Below the pieces are notes generated by a model that was not told the origin of the DNA, searched no databases, and saw only the letters and a program-made list of their open reading frames with translations. The position numbers and the translations under genes were made by a program. A stretch of DNA of 64,000 nt from assembly GCF_006345805.1 (NCBI RefSeq), contig NC_043009.1, positions 48,050,001 to 48,114,000 of the forward strand, given 5' to 3'. Position 1 is the first letter of the stretch. Each line of letters opens with the position of its first letter. Shown here piece after piece: positions 28,891 to 41,001 of the stretch. Source of the DNA: Octopus sinensis. Lineage: Eukaryota.

Positions 28891-29424
28891 TAAAGTAAAG
28901 TACTTTCTCAGTCTATGGATAATCTGTGAATAAGTTCATGTATATATGTTTAGTTAATATATATACATACTTACATGTGTGTTTGTGTGCATGTACATTA
29001 TAGTATATCTTGAATAATACAGCAGACAGAGCAATAAAAGCTATGAGACAGTCATGGTAAGATTGGAAGTTCATGGGGAGCAGAGAAAAGCATGATAGAA
29101 CCAAAAAAAAAAAATGATAGATATCAGACATTCTTAGCAATGAGGAAGACAGAAAGAAACAGCTTTGTAATGTTCTGTGATGCTGGGATTACCGGCATAA
29201 GGTGTTTGATCGTTGGGTAGTGTACTAGAGAGAAGTGAGATGTTGTCGGGAGAGATGTGAGGATGGAATGATAGTGAAACACTTGTTTGTACTGATGTTG
29301 AAAGGAAAGGAGTATTGATGGCTGTTGAATGTAGAGGAATGTATGAGAGAGTCCACCTTATGTGGACCTAAGAAAAAAAGCAGTAATCTAATGTTATCTC
29401 ATGTGAAAGTGCAGTAATCTAATG

Positions 29425-29760
29425 TGAAGGCACCTGGCTCAGTGATTAGAGCGTTGAGCTTCCGATCGTGAGGTTGTGAGTTCGAATCCCGGACCGAGCT
29501 GCGTGTTGTGTTCTTGAGCAAGACATTTTATTTCATGTTGCTCCAGTTCACTCAGCTGTAGAAATGAGTTGTGACGTCACAGGTGCCAAGCTGTATCGGC
29601 CGTTGCCTTTCCTTTGGACAACACTGGTGGCATGGAGAGGGGAGGCCGGTATGTATGGGCGACTGCTGGTCTTCCATAAACAACCTTGCCAGGACTTGTG
29701 CCTGGGAGGGTAACTTCCTAGATGCAATCCCACGGTCAGTCATGACTGAAGGGGGTCTCA
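29425..29760 (+). mobile_element. tRNA-derived SINE (related copies at 35765-36065 -, 63050-63367 -)
   Basis: A box TGGCTCAGTGA, B box GTTCGAATCC, and a GTTCTTGAGCAAGACA CORE-like segment. Confidence 0.8.
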
Positions 29761-30363
29761 GCAATGTGATGCCAGTATAGGAGTAAGAGAAATTAATGAT
29801 ATAAGGGCAGGGAAAACACAGGATGAGATGACTGGGTGTGGCTGACTGGATATTCAACTTGTTTTGGTGGCAGCACATTTTGGTACAAGAGGGAAACACA
29901 CACAAACACACGTGCATGTGGATGCACAGAATATATACATAGAAATAGAGTGTGTGTGTGTGTGAGAGAGAGAGAAGGAAAGAGTGAAAGGGACAGAGAG
30001 AGAGAGAGAGAGGAGAGAGTGAGAGACATTACAATTTAGTAAGCATGTTCCCTCTCCCCATGTACATAAAACAAAATATACTGACACACATAAACAGAAA
30101 AAGAAAGGGAGAAGGGACGGAATTGCAAGAAGAACAAGAGAAACATTAAAATGTCTGAGGTCAGCAAAGTCAGCAGCAAATCAATGATACCGAATAGACA
30201 GCACCAAAAAGTTTCATACCCAGGAAAAGAACTGTTCTATTAGAAATATCTATTTCAGATGCTTGATATATTTGGCAATGTAGGATACAGATTAGTCACT
30301 CAGAGTTGATCAGGTAATACAGGAAGCTGTCAAACCCCCAAAAGTAAAGGAGATTCCTTAGAT

Positions 30364-30618
30364 CAATGGTTCTCATCCATTTTTCATCCATGGGCCCTTT
30401 TGATTCCTATTTTATTCAGGTGGACCCTCATAGCTATTTGATGTTTAAGAAATCCTATTACATTTTTATAATTAAATATTATTAGGAATTGAATTTAAAA
30501 AATCATAAAAATATTTTGTGGGTTGTAGAAGTATAACTAATTTATTCCACATTCATTTTAACAACAAAATTTTATATGGATCCCAAAGGGTTACCTAGGC
30601 CCTGGCTGAGAACCACAG
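30364..30618. mobile_element. hAT-like MITE
   Basis: Termini CAATGGTTCTCA ... TGAGAACCACAG resemble CAGTGGTTCTCAA-type hAT/Charlie TIRs. Confidence 0.55.
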
Positions 30619-30649
30619 CCACAGAGGGAGAAAACATATGAAGGTAAAA

Positions 30650-32280
30650 AATTATTGCAATAATGATTGGAAACAGAGCTGACTTCAATGAGATGCAGTT
30701 TGGCTTTACTTCTAGCAGAGATACCATAGAGGCCCTATTCCTAATGAGATAACTGCAAGAGAAGTATTTAGCAAGAGGTAAGCTAGTATGTGTTGATCTG
30801 GTGAAGGTCTTTGATAGCTCTGTCATGATGTGGATGTTGCTAGGGAAGCTTGTGATAGATGAATGACTTGTCAAAGCCATACGAGTCATGTACAAAGTTG
30901 CGGCCAGTAAGCTGAGTGTCATCAATGAGTTCAGCGATGAATTTAATGTGCATGTAGAAGTTCATTAGTGAACTGTTCTTGCCCCTCCATTGTTTGTTTC
31001 AGTCCTCCAAGACATAACCAAGGAGTTTAAGACTGACTGTCCATGGGAACTCCTCGATGCAGATGACCTAGCTCTTTTAGACAATGTGCATGAGCTGGAG
31101 AAATTCCAGGTGTGAAAGCCAAACTTAGAATTAAAGTGAATTTAGCCACCTCCCAAGTTTAATTAAGTTTAATTAATTAAGTAAGCATAAAGAAATGGCC
31201 ATATTCAATGAACAGAAATGGTGTAGCTTGAATTTGATATAATGCAGGGTAAAGAGGTACAAGAAATATAGTAGGATGACCAACAGGCTAACAAGGAAGG
31301 TAGATTTCATAAGTAGCAAGTGCAACAGAGCAATTAAATAATAATAATAATGAAATTATTGTATACAGTGCTCAGGTGCACAACTTGTCAAAAGTGCATA
31401 TAATGCATATGCAGTAATGTACAAATGTGAACAGTGTATGAGTCAGATACATGCTTGCGTGTGTATGGAGGGAAGAAAATCAGGTGTAGTGTTGGCGAAT
31501 CTCAGGAAGCATGGAAGTTTTGAAGGATGCAGTACTCCAACAACTAACAACTAATACCGGCAGTTTGTTCCATGTTTCCGAAAGTTTTGGGAGCTGTGCT
31601 GTTTTCTGGTTTTGTAAACATGTCCATGGGTGTTAGACAGTTGGAGTTTGAAAAGGTGCTCAGAGTTATTGTTTGTAAGATGGTTAATAATTTTATGGGT
31701 GTCTGCCAAGTCAGCTGCCAGACACCGGAGTTTCAATGTATCCTTGCCCAGGGGAGTAAATACTATGAACTCTCAAGAAATAGATTTTCTCAAATCCTGA
31801 AGAGGTTCTTTAGAAGTAGTTGACAGTTCCAATTACTTAAGTGATCTAACTGACAGTGGATTGAGTGCTCTGAAAACAAAGTACCCAGGTAAGAACAGGT
31901 TGGAAAAATTTCAAGGGATTATTACCTTTGCTGGCAACAAAGGGCATTTCTTCCAAAGTAAAAGGCAGCTTATATGATTCTTGTGTGCAGAGTGCAATGT
32001 TGCATGGCAGAGAGATGTGGGCTTTAAATACAGAGGATTTAGAAAAAAAAACTAGAAGGAATTGAAGCAAATATACTTTATTGGATGTATAATGTTAGTG
32101 TGCATGAATGTTGAAGAATAAATGAACTGTAAGTAAAATTGGATAAAAGAGAAATCAAGATGTAGCATACAAGAAAGAAAGCTGCTCTGATATAAGGTAT
32201 GTGATACAAATGGAAGATGCTAGATGTATAAGGAAGTACCAGGTACTGAGAATGGAATCTGCGGTAGAGAGAGCAAAGAA
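30650..32280 (+). mobile_element. Old RTE LINE fragment interrupted by a CR1-like LINE 3' end (31337-31760, minus)
   Basis: RT remnants (EMQFGF, CPWELLDADDL, WKNFKGLLPLLATKG). The insert encodes LKLRCLAADLADTHKIINHL...NTHGHVYK and has an (ATT)n tail. Confidence 0.75.
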
Positions 32281-32814
32281 TGCCGACCAGGCCTGGCGAT
32301 TTGAGGCTAATGACCGCGAGATCTCCAACCACTCCTTATTCCAGCGGCGGACACCGTAGACATGGGGGCCTAGGTTGGGTTCCAGATCAGCCTTGACTGT
32401 CATCAGCCAGGTTTTTCGTTGTCCACCACATCACTTTCGCCAACCTATTGGTTAGTGATACACAGTGGTGGAATGGATCTGACCATCTGTGCAGGATTGG
32501 CAAAACACCCCCAAAAAAATGACAAAATGAATGTAGTGATGAATGTTGAAATATTATATCACAACAACAACAGTGGTAATAGTAACAGCAATATTATTGC
32601 CAAATGTCCAGTATTTGTACATGAAAGAAATTATAGCGGGGGCGGGGAGGGGTGTCTAAAGCCTGGTTAAAAAGTTCAATCAAAGCAGAATCGCATAAAC
32701 CTGTCACTGCGTTCATTCTGCTCGTGGTTGGAATACCTTTGATCTGTAGGTCTGCTTTTATCAGGACTGACTTTCACTTCCTCCTCCTCCTCCACCTTGT
32801 TCACCAAAACTGGC

Positions 32815-32919
32815 AGCAATCCCACCACCACCACCACCACCGCCATGAATAACAACACCAATACCAATACCAATACCAATACCACGACCACGACCACCAC
32901 GACCACGACCACCACGACC

Positions 32920-32965
<46 letters not shown>

Positions 32966-33086
32966 CCATCATTGATCACTCTCACCACGACCACACCACC
33001 ACCACCATCACCAACATCACCACCACCACCACTACCCACCACCAACAACAACAACAGCAACAACACCATCATTAATCACTCTCACC

Positions 33087-33117
<31 letters not shown>

Positions 33118-33294
33118 GCAGCAGCAGCAACAACAACAGCAACAACGACACCACCACCACCACCACTACCACCACCACCACCACCACCACTACCTCCACC
33201 ACCACCACCACCACCACCACCAACAACAACAACAGCAACAACAACACCATCATTAATCACTCTCACCACCACCACCACCACCACCACCACCACC

Positions 33295-33326
<32 letters not shown>

Positions 33327-34545
33327 CAGCAGCAGCAGCAACAACAACAGCAACAACGACACCACCACCACCACCACCACCACCACTACCTCCACCACCA
33401 CCACCACCACCACCACCACAACAACAACATCAACACACCATCATTAATCACTCTCACCACCACCACCACCACCACCACCACCACCACCACCACCACCACC
33501 AACAAAACAACAACCACACATACAACAACAACACAACAACAACAACAACAGCAACAACGACACCACCACCACCACCACCACTACCACCACCACCACCACC
33601 ACCACCACCACCACCACCACCACCTGTTGTTGTTGTTGTTTACGTCAATGACCTGAACTTCATTCTGCTACCGTTGCAGGTTTGAACGAACAGCTTCTTG
33701 CACAAGCTTAACATTTGCTGTTGTTGTTGTCACAAGGTAAGACAACACAATGCTGCCACCACAGGCCATGTCGGTTATCAGACAGTAGACTGACTGAAAG
33801 GTGGAAGGCGGCGGGGCGGGGCGGGGTGGGGTGGGGGGGTGGGGTGGCAGCAGGACAGGTAAGTCTTAGAAGAATTTGCTAGTACTTACCAATGAAGATG
33901 AGTGCAAAAATAAACATAAACAGCAACACACGAAATGAAATCCTGACAACTGGAAACAAAAAATAAAAGAAAATAAAATAAAATAAAAAGAGATAAGAAT
34001 GAAAAACAAGATAGATTTAGGCAGCACATCTCTCTCTCTCTCTCTCTCTTACGTTGCCAAGATCATAATGTAACAGAATGAGGTTCGGGGTCACTGACGT
34101 AAACAAAAACAGGTGGTGGTGGTGGTGGTGGTGGTGGTGATGGTGGTGGTAGTGATGGTAGTGGTGGTGGTGGTGGTGGTGATGGTGGTGGTAGTGATGG
34201 TAGTGGTGGTGGTGGTGGTGGTGGTGATGGAAGTGGTGGTAGTGGTGGTGGTGGTGGTAGTGGTGGTGGTGGTAGTGGTGGTGGTGGTGGTGATGGTGGT
34301 AGTGGTGGTGGTGGTGGTGGTGATGGTGGTAGTGGTGGTGGTGGTGGTAGTGGTGGTGATGTGGTAGTGGTGGTGGTAGTGGTGGTGATGGTGGTAGTGG
34401 TGGTGGTGGTGGTGGTGATGGTGGTAGGTGGTGGTGGTGGTTAGTGGTGGTGATGTGGTAGTGGTGGTGGTAGTGGTGGTGATGGTGGTAGTGGTGGTGG
34501 TGGTGGTGGTGGTAGTGGTTGGTGGTAGTGCTGGTGGTAGTAGTG
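32815..34545. repeat. Large inverted repeat: (CAC/AAC)n plus 48-bp unique arm ... 43-bp unique arm plus (GTG)n, enclosing exon 4
   Basis: 33624-33671 (CTGTTGTTGTTGTTGTTTACGTCAATGACCTGAACTTCATTCTGCTAC) is the imperfect reverse complement of 34070-34112. Both arms are extended outwards by complementary trinucleotide tracts. Confidence 0.9.
33890..33949 (-). CDS. TMEM272: TMEM272-like gene, coding exon 4, TM1 (VRISFRVLLFMFIFALIFIG)
   Basis: Long polypyrimidine tract plus tttccag acceptor, 60 nt, TTG|gtaagt donor, phase 1-1. Hydrophobic helix ending in IG, as at the end of TMEM272-family TM1. Confidence 0.85.
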
Positions 34546-35160
34546 GTGTTGCTGTGACAGCAAGAGCGAGACTTGGCTGGGTGAAGTTCAGAGAATGTGG
34601 AGCGTTGTTATGTGGGAAAAGGTTCTCATTGAAGATGAAAGGAAGGGTCTATAGGAGTTGTATGAGAGCTGCAATGCAGTGCAGTGCTGTATGGGAGTGA
34701 GCCATGGTGTCTGAGGGAGAGAGAGTGAGATGGCAATTTTGAGAAGGACTGAGAGAGGGCAATGGTGAGAGAAATGTGTAGGGTGAAGCTGTTTGATAAG
34801 AGGAGGACTGAGGACTTGATGCGGATGCTGGGGCTGGAGGAACCAGTGGAACAGCTGGCAAGGGTGAATGGAGTGCCGTAGTATGGGCATGTGATGATGA
34901 AGGATGAGGAGTATGTTCTGAGGAGGGTGCTAGAGTTTGAGGTGAATGGGCAGCAAAAGCAAGGTAGACTGAAGAAAACGTGGAGGGGACAAGTGAAGGA
35001 AGAGATTGGGAGGGTTGGCTTGAGAAGGGAGGATGCCCAAAGCAGGGCAAGATGGCGAGATGGTGTGAGGGTGGTTGCTATGGCACTGAGGTAGATCTGG
35101 TCACTCCTGTTAATGGGTACAAAACCTGGATTTAAAACAATGGATGATGATGATGATGAT
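34545..35160 (+). mobile_element. RTE-clade LINE 3' fragment (second family) with (GAT)n tail
   Basis: AVTARARLGWVKFRECGALLCGKRFSLKMKGRVYRSC and VLRRVLEFEVNGQQKQGRLKKTW. Confidence 0.85.
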
Positions 35161-36567
35161 AAAGATATATATATGCCGGTGGCATGTGTAAAAGATTTGA
35201 GCAAGGTCGTTGCCAGTACCGCCTGGCTGGCCCCATGCCGGTGGCACATAAAAGCACCCACTACACTCTCGGAGTGGTTGGCATTAGGAAGGGCATCCAG
35301 TTGTAGAAACTCTGCCAGATCAAGATTCGTCCAACCCATGCTAGCATGGAAAGCGGACGTTAAACGATGATGATGATAATGATGATGATAATGATGATGA
35401 TGATGATGATGATATATATATACTGATTTCAGATTTTGGCACAAGGCCAGCAAATTCAGGGTAGGGAAGGGTTTAAGTTGAGTACATCAGCACCAGTGCT
35501 CAACTGGTACTTATTTTATTGATGTCAACAGGATGAAAGGCAAAGTTGGCCCTGACAGAATTTGAACTCAGAACACAAAGACAGATGAAATGCCGCTAAG
35601 CATTTTTGCTTGCCGTGCTAACGATTCTGCCAGCTTGCTGCCTTTAAGAAAGAGTTAAATATTTAATATTAAAAGGGAGGGAAGGAGAGAGAGGTGGATG
35701 TCAAGATGGGAGAGAGAGAGAAAGAGAGAGAAGAATAGAGGATAAACAAATAGAGAAGCATAATGAAAGGACCTCCTTCAGTCGTGAATGACCATTGGAT
35801 TGTATCTAGAAAATTACCCTCTAAGGCACAAATCTGGGCAAGGTTGTTTATGGAAGATCAGCAGTCACACATGCATATCAGCCTCTCCTCTCCACATCAC
35901 AAATGTTGTCCAAAGAGGCTGATACAGCTTGCCACCAGTGACATCGCAACTCATTTCTACAGCTGAGTGAACTGGAGCAAGAACACCAACACAGTTCAGT
36001 CCAGGAATTGAACTCACCACCTCATGATTGAAAGCCTAACACTCTAACCACAGAGCCATGTGACTTGACAGAGAGAAGCATAACATTGGCTTCCAATTTT
36101 GACACAAGACCAGCAATTTTTTGGTGGGTGGGGAGAGTTAAATCAACCCCAGTGCTCAACTGGCACTTCTTTTATCAACCCTGTAAAGATGAAAGGCAAG
36201 GTCAACTTTGGCAGAATTTGAACTCAGAACATAAAGACATGAAATGCTACTAAGCATTTTGCCCAGCGTGTCAGCATTTCTGTCAGCTTGTTGCCTTATA
36301 AAGAAGCATGATATTGTATTATATCTTATTTTTTATTTGTTTCAGTCATTGGACTGCGGTCATGCTGGAGCAAGGCTTTTAAGGGTTTAAATCAAATCTT
36401 TCCCAGTACTTATATTCTTTTGTAAGTCTGGTGCTTATTCTATTGGACTCTTTTGTTGAACTGCTAAGTTACAGAGATGTAAAAACCACAAACACTGGTT
36501 GTCAAGTAATGGGGGTATGTGACAAACATAGCCTCAATGACATACACACAGATATACACCCTGCCCA

Positions 36568-36619
<52 letters not shown>

Positions 36620-37760
36620 CTAGTGATATGACAGGCATTCACACAGTTTCCATTTACAAAAAAGAAATATGTGTACTTACTTTTGAAACATAAATGTCGA
36701 AACCTATAGCAGCGACCATAGGGACGGCATGGGGTTTTACACGGGCAAGCTTGACTATCTTCAGATGGTTCTGAAATTGCATGATTATATATATATATAT
36801 ATATATGCATGTGTGTGTGTATACATAAGTTTGTATATGTATATATAGAACAAGTAAAAAGACATTTTTCAATGTGTAAATACTGAGAACAGCATATATA
36901 GGATAAAATCCTTTGAGTCCATGCTATTTCAAGTTTTGCAAGGCCCCTAATGGAGCCTGTCACCTCATGCTGGTGGAATAGCCAAATGCACTTGGCTATT
37001 CCACTGGCCTGAGAAGACAGGCTCTGTTAGGGGCCTTGTGATACTTGAAGTAGTACAGAATCAAAATCAAACTGTTTTGAATAATACATGTAACTCCTAA
37101 TAAATGTGTGTTGAATGGGAATTCTTTTGTTCATCCACTCACTCATGTGTGTATGTATATATAAACTGAGTTCTCATTTTGGTCCATTTGCCAAAAGGTT
37201 TGCATGGCACCAGCAGGCCTCAAGAGACACGTTTGTGTCCATAGAACATGATCAATGCTTTATTTTACTGAACCCTCATTTGTTATTCCCAACAAGAGAA
37301 TCCATCATACACACACACACACATACGCACATACATGTGAAGGTGTATGGCCTAGTGGTTAGGGTGCTTCACTCATGATCGGTAGATCATGGTTCAATTC
37401 CTGGACCAAGCAGTGTATTGTGTTCTTGAGCAAAATACTTCATTTTACGTTCTCCCCATCAACTCAGTCGTAAATGGATTACTTTGCAATGGACTAATCT
37501 TCTGATCAGAGTGGAATGTTGGCCCGCTTGCCTGACCAGTAGCGTGGCATCATTTAAAGGCTAAAACAATGTAAAGTGCATTGTGACCAATGGTGTTTGA
37601 TAACATCTAATAGCCTGGTCAATTGCATAATCACATGATATAATAATAATGTATGTCTGTGTGTACATACATACAATTTCACATTTGGAAAATATTTAAT
37701 TAATATGAATTGGATCAAGGGGTCAAACAAAATGTAGAATAAAACATCAAATACACTTAC

Positions 37761-37821
37761 CTGAACCAGAAGAAAAAGGTGGTGCATTATTGATAAATCC
37801 ATATATATCATCTGGATATGC
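37761..37821 (-). CDS. TMEM272-like gene, coding exon 3 (AYPDDIYGFINNAPPFSSGS)
   Basis: ttttaaag acceptor, 61 nt, strong CAG|gtaagt donor, phase 0-1. Confidence 0.7.
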
Positions 37822-38275
37822 CTTTAAAATTGAATATATTGCCAATTACTTTAAATTATATATACATATATGAGTCTAGGACATTTACCCCACATGGACA
37901 ATAACTGCCCCTCCCCTAAGGACAACAGATAATTTAAAATTTCTTAATATATTGGAAAAGGGGTAATTAACCAAGTGGGGTAATTGTCCTAGGTGGTAGT
38001 TGTCATTGAAGGGCATTGTCGTCAGGGTTTTTTTGATATGCATATATCATTGTGATTGCTTTACATCTGCTTTCCAAGGTGGCATGGGTTGGATGAGTTG
38101 TTCTAGTCTTGGTTAGTTGATATTTGGAGTTACTGCTGTCAGAAATAGTTTAGAGTGAACCTTGCCCTACTCATATGTTTCAGTTTTGATTTAATTTCTA
38201 TGGCTGGATACCTTTCCTAACAGCAACTCCTTTTTAGAGGATCCCAGGTGGATTTGTGGTGGCCCATTGAGTATG

Positions 38276-38318
<43 letters not shown>

Positions 38319-38770
38319 TGATGATGGTGGTGGTGTTGATGCTGGTAGGAAGGTGCTGCTGGTAGTGGTGGAGGTGGTGGTGGAGGTGATGGTGACAGTG
38401 GCAGTGGTGGTGGTAGCAGTGGTGGTGATGGATGGCAGTGGTGCTGATGGTGGCAGTGGTGATGGTAACCGTACTCAAGAAGACCTGTACCTCATAGCAG
38501 AAGTGTTAAGACCAATCCTGCTGGTGGTGTAAAGCAATTATGGTGGTGTCATGTAAAAGTGCACCTGTGGTGTCACATAAAAGTACTTGTGTTGCACCAC
38601 ATAAAAGCACCCAATACACTCTGTAAAGTGATTGGCATTAGGAAGGGCTTCAGGCAACAGAAACCATGCCAAACCAGGCTGGAGTCTGGTGCAGCTCCTC
38701 AGCTTGCCAGCTCTGGTCAAATCGTCCAACCCATACCAGTATGGATAATAGGCGTTAAATGATGATGATG

Positions 38771-38873
<103 letters not shown>

Positions 38874-39003
38874 ATATAATAATAAATCTTAGGGTAGCAG
38901 AAAAAAATTTATAGAAAAATTCTCTGCTACCAGTAATATAGCGACAAGGAAAAAATTTAGTCAACAGACTATATATTATTCATAGAAAAATACAGTGTAC
39001 ATT

Positions 39004-39098
39004 TAAACAGATAAGAGATGACCATAATAGGACATCTGACTCACTAGAAAGTTTTAACTGCTGTGAGTCAGATGTCCTATTATGGTCATCTCTTATGT

Positions 39099-39103
<5 letters not shown>
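39004..39103. repeat. Hairpin with a 34-bp perfect stem and 18-nt loop
   Basis: ATAAGAGATGACCATAATAGGACATCTGACTCAC (39011-39044) pairs with 39063-39096, extendable to ~41 bp with one mismatch. Confidence 0.95.
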
Positions 39104-39142
<39 letters not shown>

Positions 39143-39185
39143 ATATATGTATATATATGTGTTTATATATATATATATGTGTGTA

Positions 39186-39234
<49 letters not shown>

Positions 39235-39411
39235 CATATATATACATACATATATATATATATATATACATATGTGTGTGTTGATTCTGTGGTGTGGTTT
39301 TGAAAAAACCATGTCAAAACACACTGAGAAGCATGGTGAAGTCTTCTGCCTGCCAGCTCCTATCAAACTGTCCAACCCATGCCAGCATGGAAAGTGGACG
39401 TTAAATGATTG

Positions 39412-39442
<31 letters not shown>

Positions 39443-40326
39443 AATGATGATGATGAGGATTACCGAAAATAAAATAAATTTTGAATGTGAAATTGGTGTG
39501 AAAACATTCTAGAAAATACCCATAAAAGACAAAAAGAAATTTTCCAGCAGGTGGCTACAGAGTACTTTTATGTGACACTGCAAGGGCACTTCCTACAGAG
39601 AATCAAGCCATGTACCTCAGATACTGACTGCATCTACAGGCAACTTTTTTCTGTCTTCAAGGGGTATGTACCCAATTTTCTAGGCTGTTTTTACAGCTAC
39701 CCTATATCTGAAATTTACTTTATTTTCTGTAAAATGCCAACTCACTTCTAAATTTGTTTATGAAATTGTTCGCCTCTCTGTTTCTGTCACACTCTAACCT
39801 TTCATCATCTTACACAAGATCACCTCCTCCAATGCTTCCTCTCCTCTCAAAACTCCTTGTCTTGCAAGTTGCTTGGTGACCCCTGCCAGTGTTGGTGCCA
39901 TGTTAAAAGCATCCAGTCCACACTGTAACATGGTTGGTGTCTGGAAGGGCATCAAGCTGTAAAAACAATACCAAAACTGACCTCGCCTGTGCTAGTGCCA
40001 AGTAAAAAGCACTGAGTCCACTTTGCCGAGTGGTTGATGTTAAGAAACGTGTCCAGCTGTATGAACTCTGCCAAAACAGACACAGTAACCTGGGGTAGTT
40101 TTCTACCCTTCTACCTGGCCGGTTCTTGTCAAACTGTCCAACCCATGTCTGCATGGAAGGCAGATGTTAAACGATGATGATGATGATGATAATGATGTTG
40201 ATGATATTTATATATATATATATATATAGTTAATCCAAACATGAAAGCACAAAAAAACACAACAACACGAGGACGTGGAACAAATATAGTATTATTGGAC
40301 GCTCAGGAAAGAAGGAAAGAAGGAGG

Positions 40327-40361
40327 GTTTAACGTTTCGAGCGGAGCTCTTCGTCGGAAAC
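40327..40361 (-). ncRNA. Minimal type-I hammerhead-like motif (CCGACGA core variant) in a Penelope-like remnant
   Basis: Minus strand reads GTTT CCGACGA A GAGC tcc GCTC GAAAC GTT AAAC, with a palindromic AACGTT at helix III. Confidence 0.55.
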
Positions 40362-41001
40362 ATAGGAGAAGGAAAGATCCAGAGAAGGGAAGACAGATAT
40401 AAGTAATAATTATAAAGTATATGGAGATTTGGTCATCCTCAAAATTTAATTTCTGTTATTTTGCAATTTTATACAGCATATTATTGTGACCTACACGTGT
40501 TTCCGTGTTTCCAGTGACATTAAAATAAGGTAAGACAGGAAAAAGTTCGAGACAGAAAGCCAGTTTCTCACATTCAAGAATCTATGAAATTTATAGTTCA
40601 AGACACAAGAAACAATAAGATCAATGAAGGAATAAATTTGTAAGGAAAAAAGGGTAAAAGAGAATGCATTTATTTGTGAATCATGTAGTAATACTTACAA
40701 TGTATTAATGTATTAATCAATGTAGTAATACTTACAAGATCTGTCACAACAAAATACAATGGGAAAATAAATAGCAAAAACAAATATAATATAAATAAAA
40801 ACACAAAATAGATACTGCATTCCTTGACTTGTTTTTACTTACTGGTCTCTAGCCATTCTGGAGCACTGTCTAGAAATGTTTTTGGTGGTTATATTGACTC
40901 ATATTTATTTTAACTTGATGCTTACTTTATTAGTCTCTTTAAATAAAATTGCTAAGTTGTAGTTTTACCTACAAGGGGATTCAACTTGAGACAGTGGTTT
41001 A

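Noticed and set aside
32676-34700. Poly-His/Thr/Val/Gly ORFs
   Set aside because: Trinucleotide repeat artefacts.
36670-36715. Hammerhead-like ACAT-AA-ATGT CGAAAC
   Set aside because: The core and helix I are incomplete.
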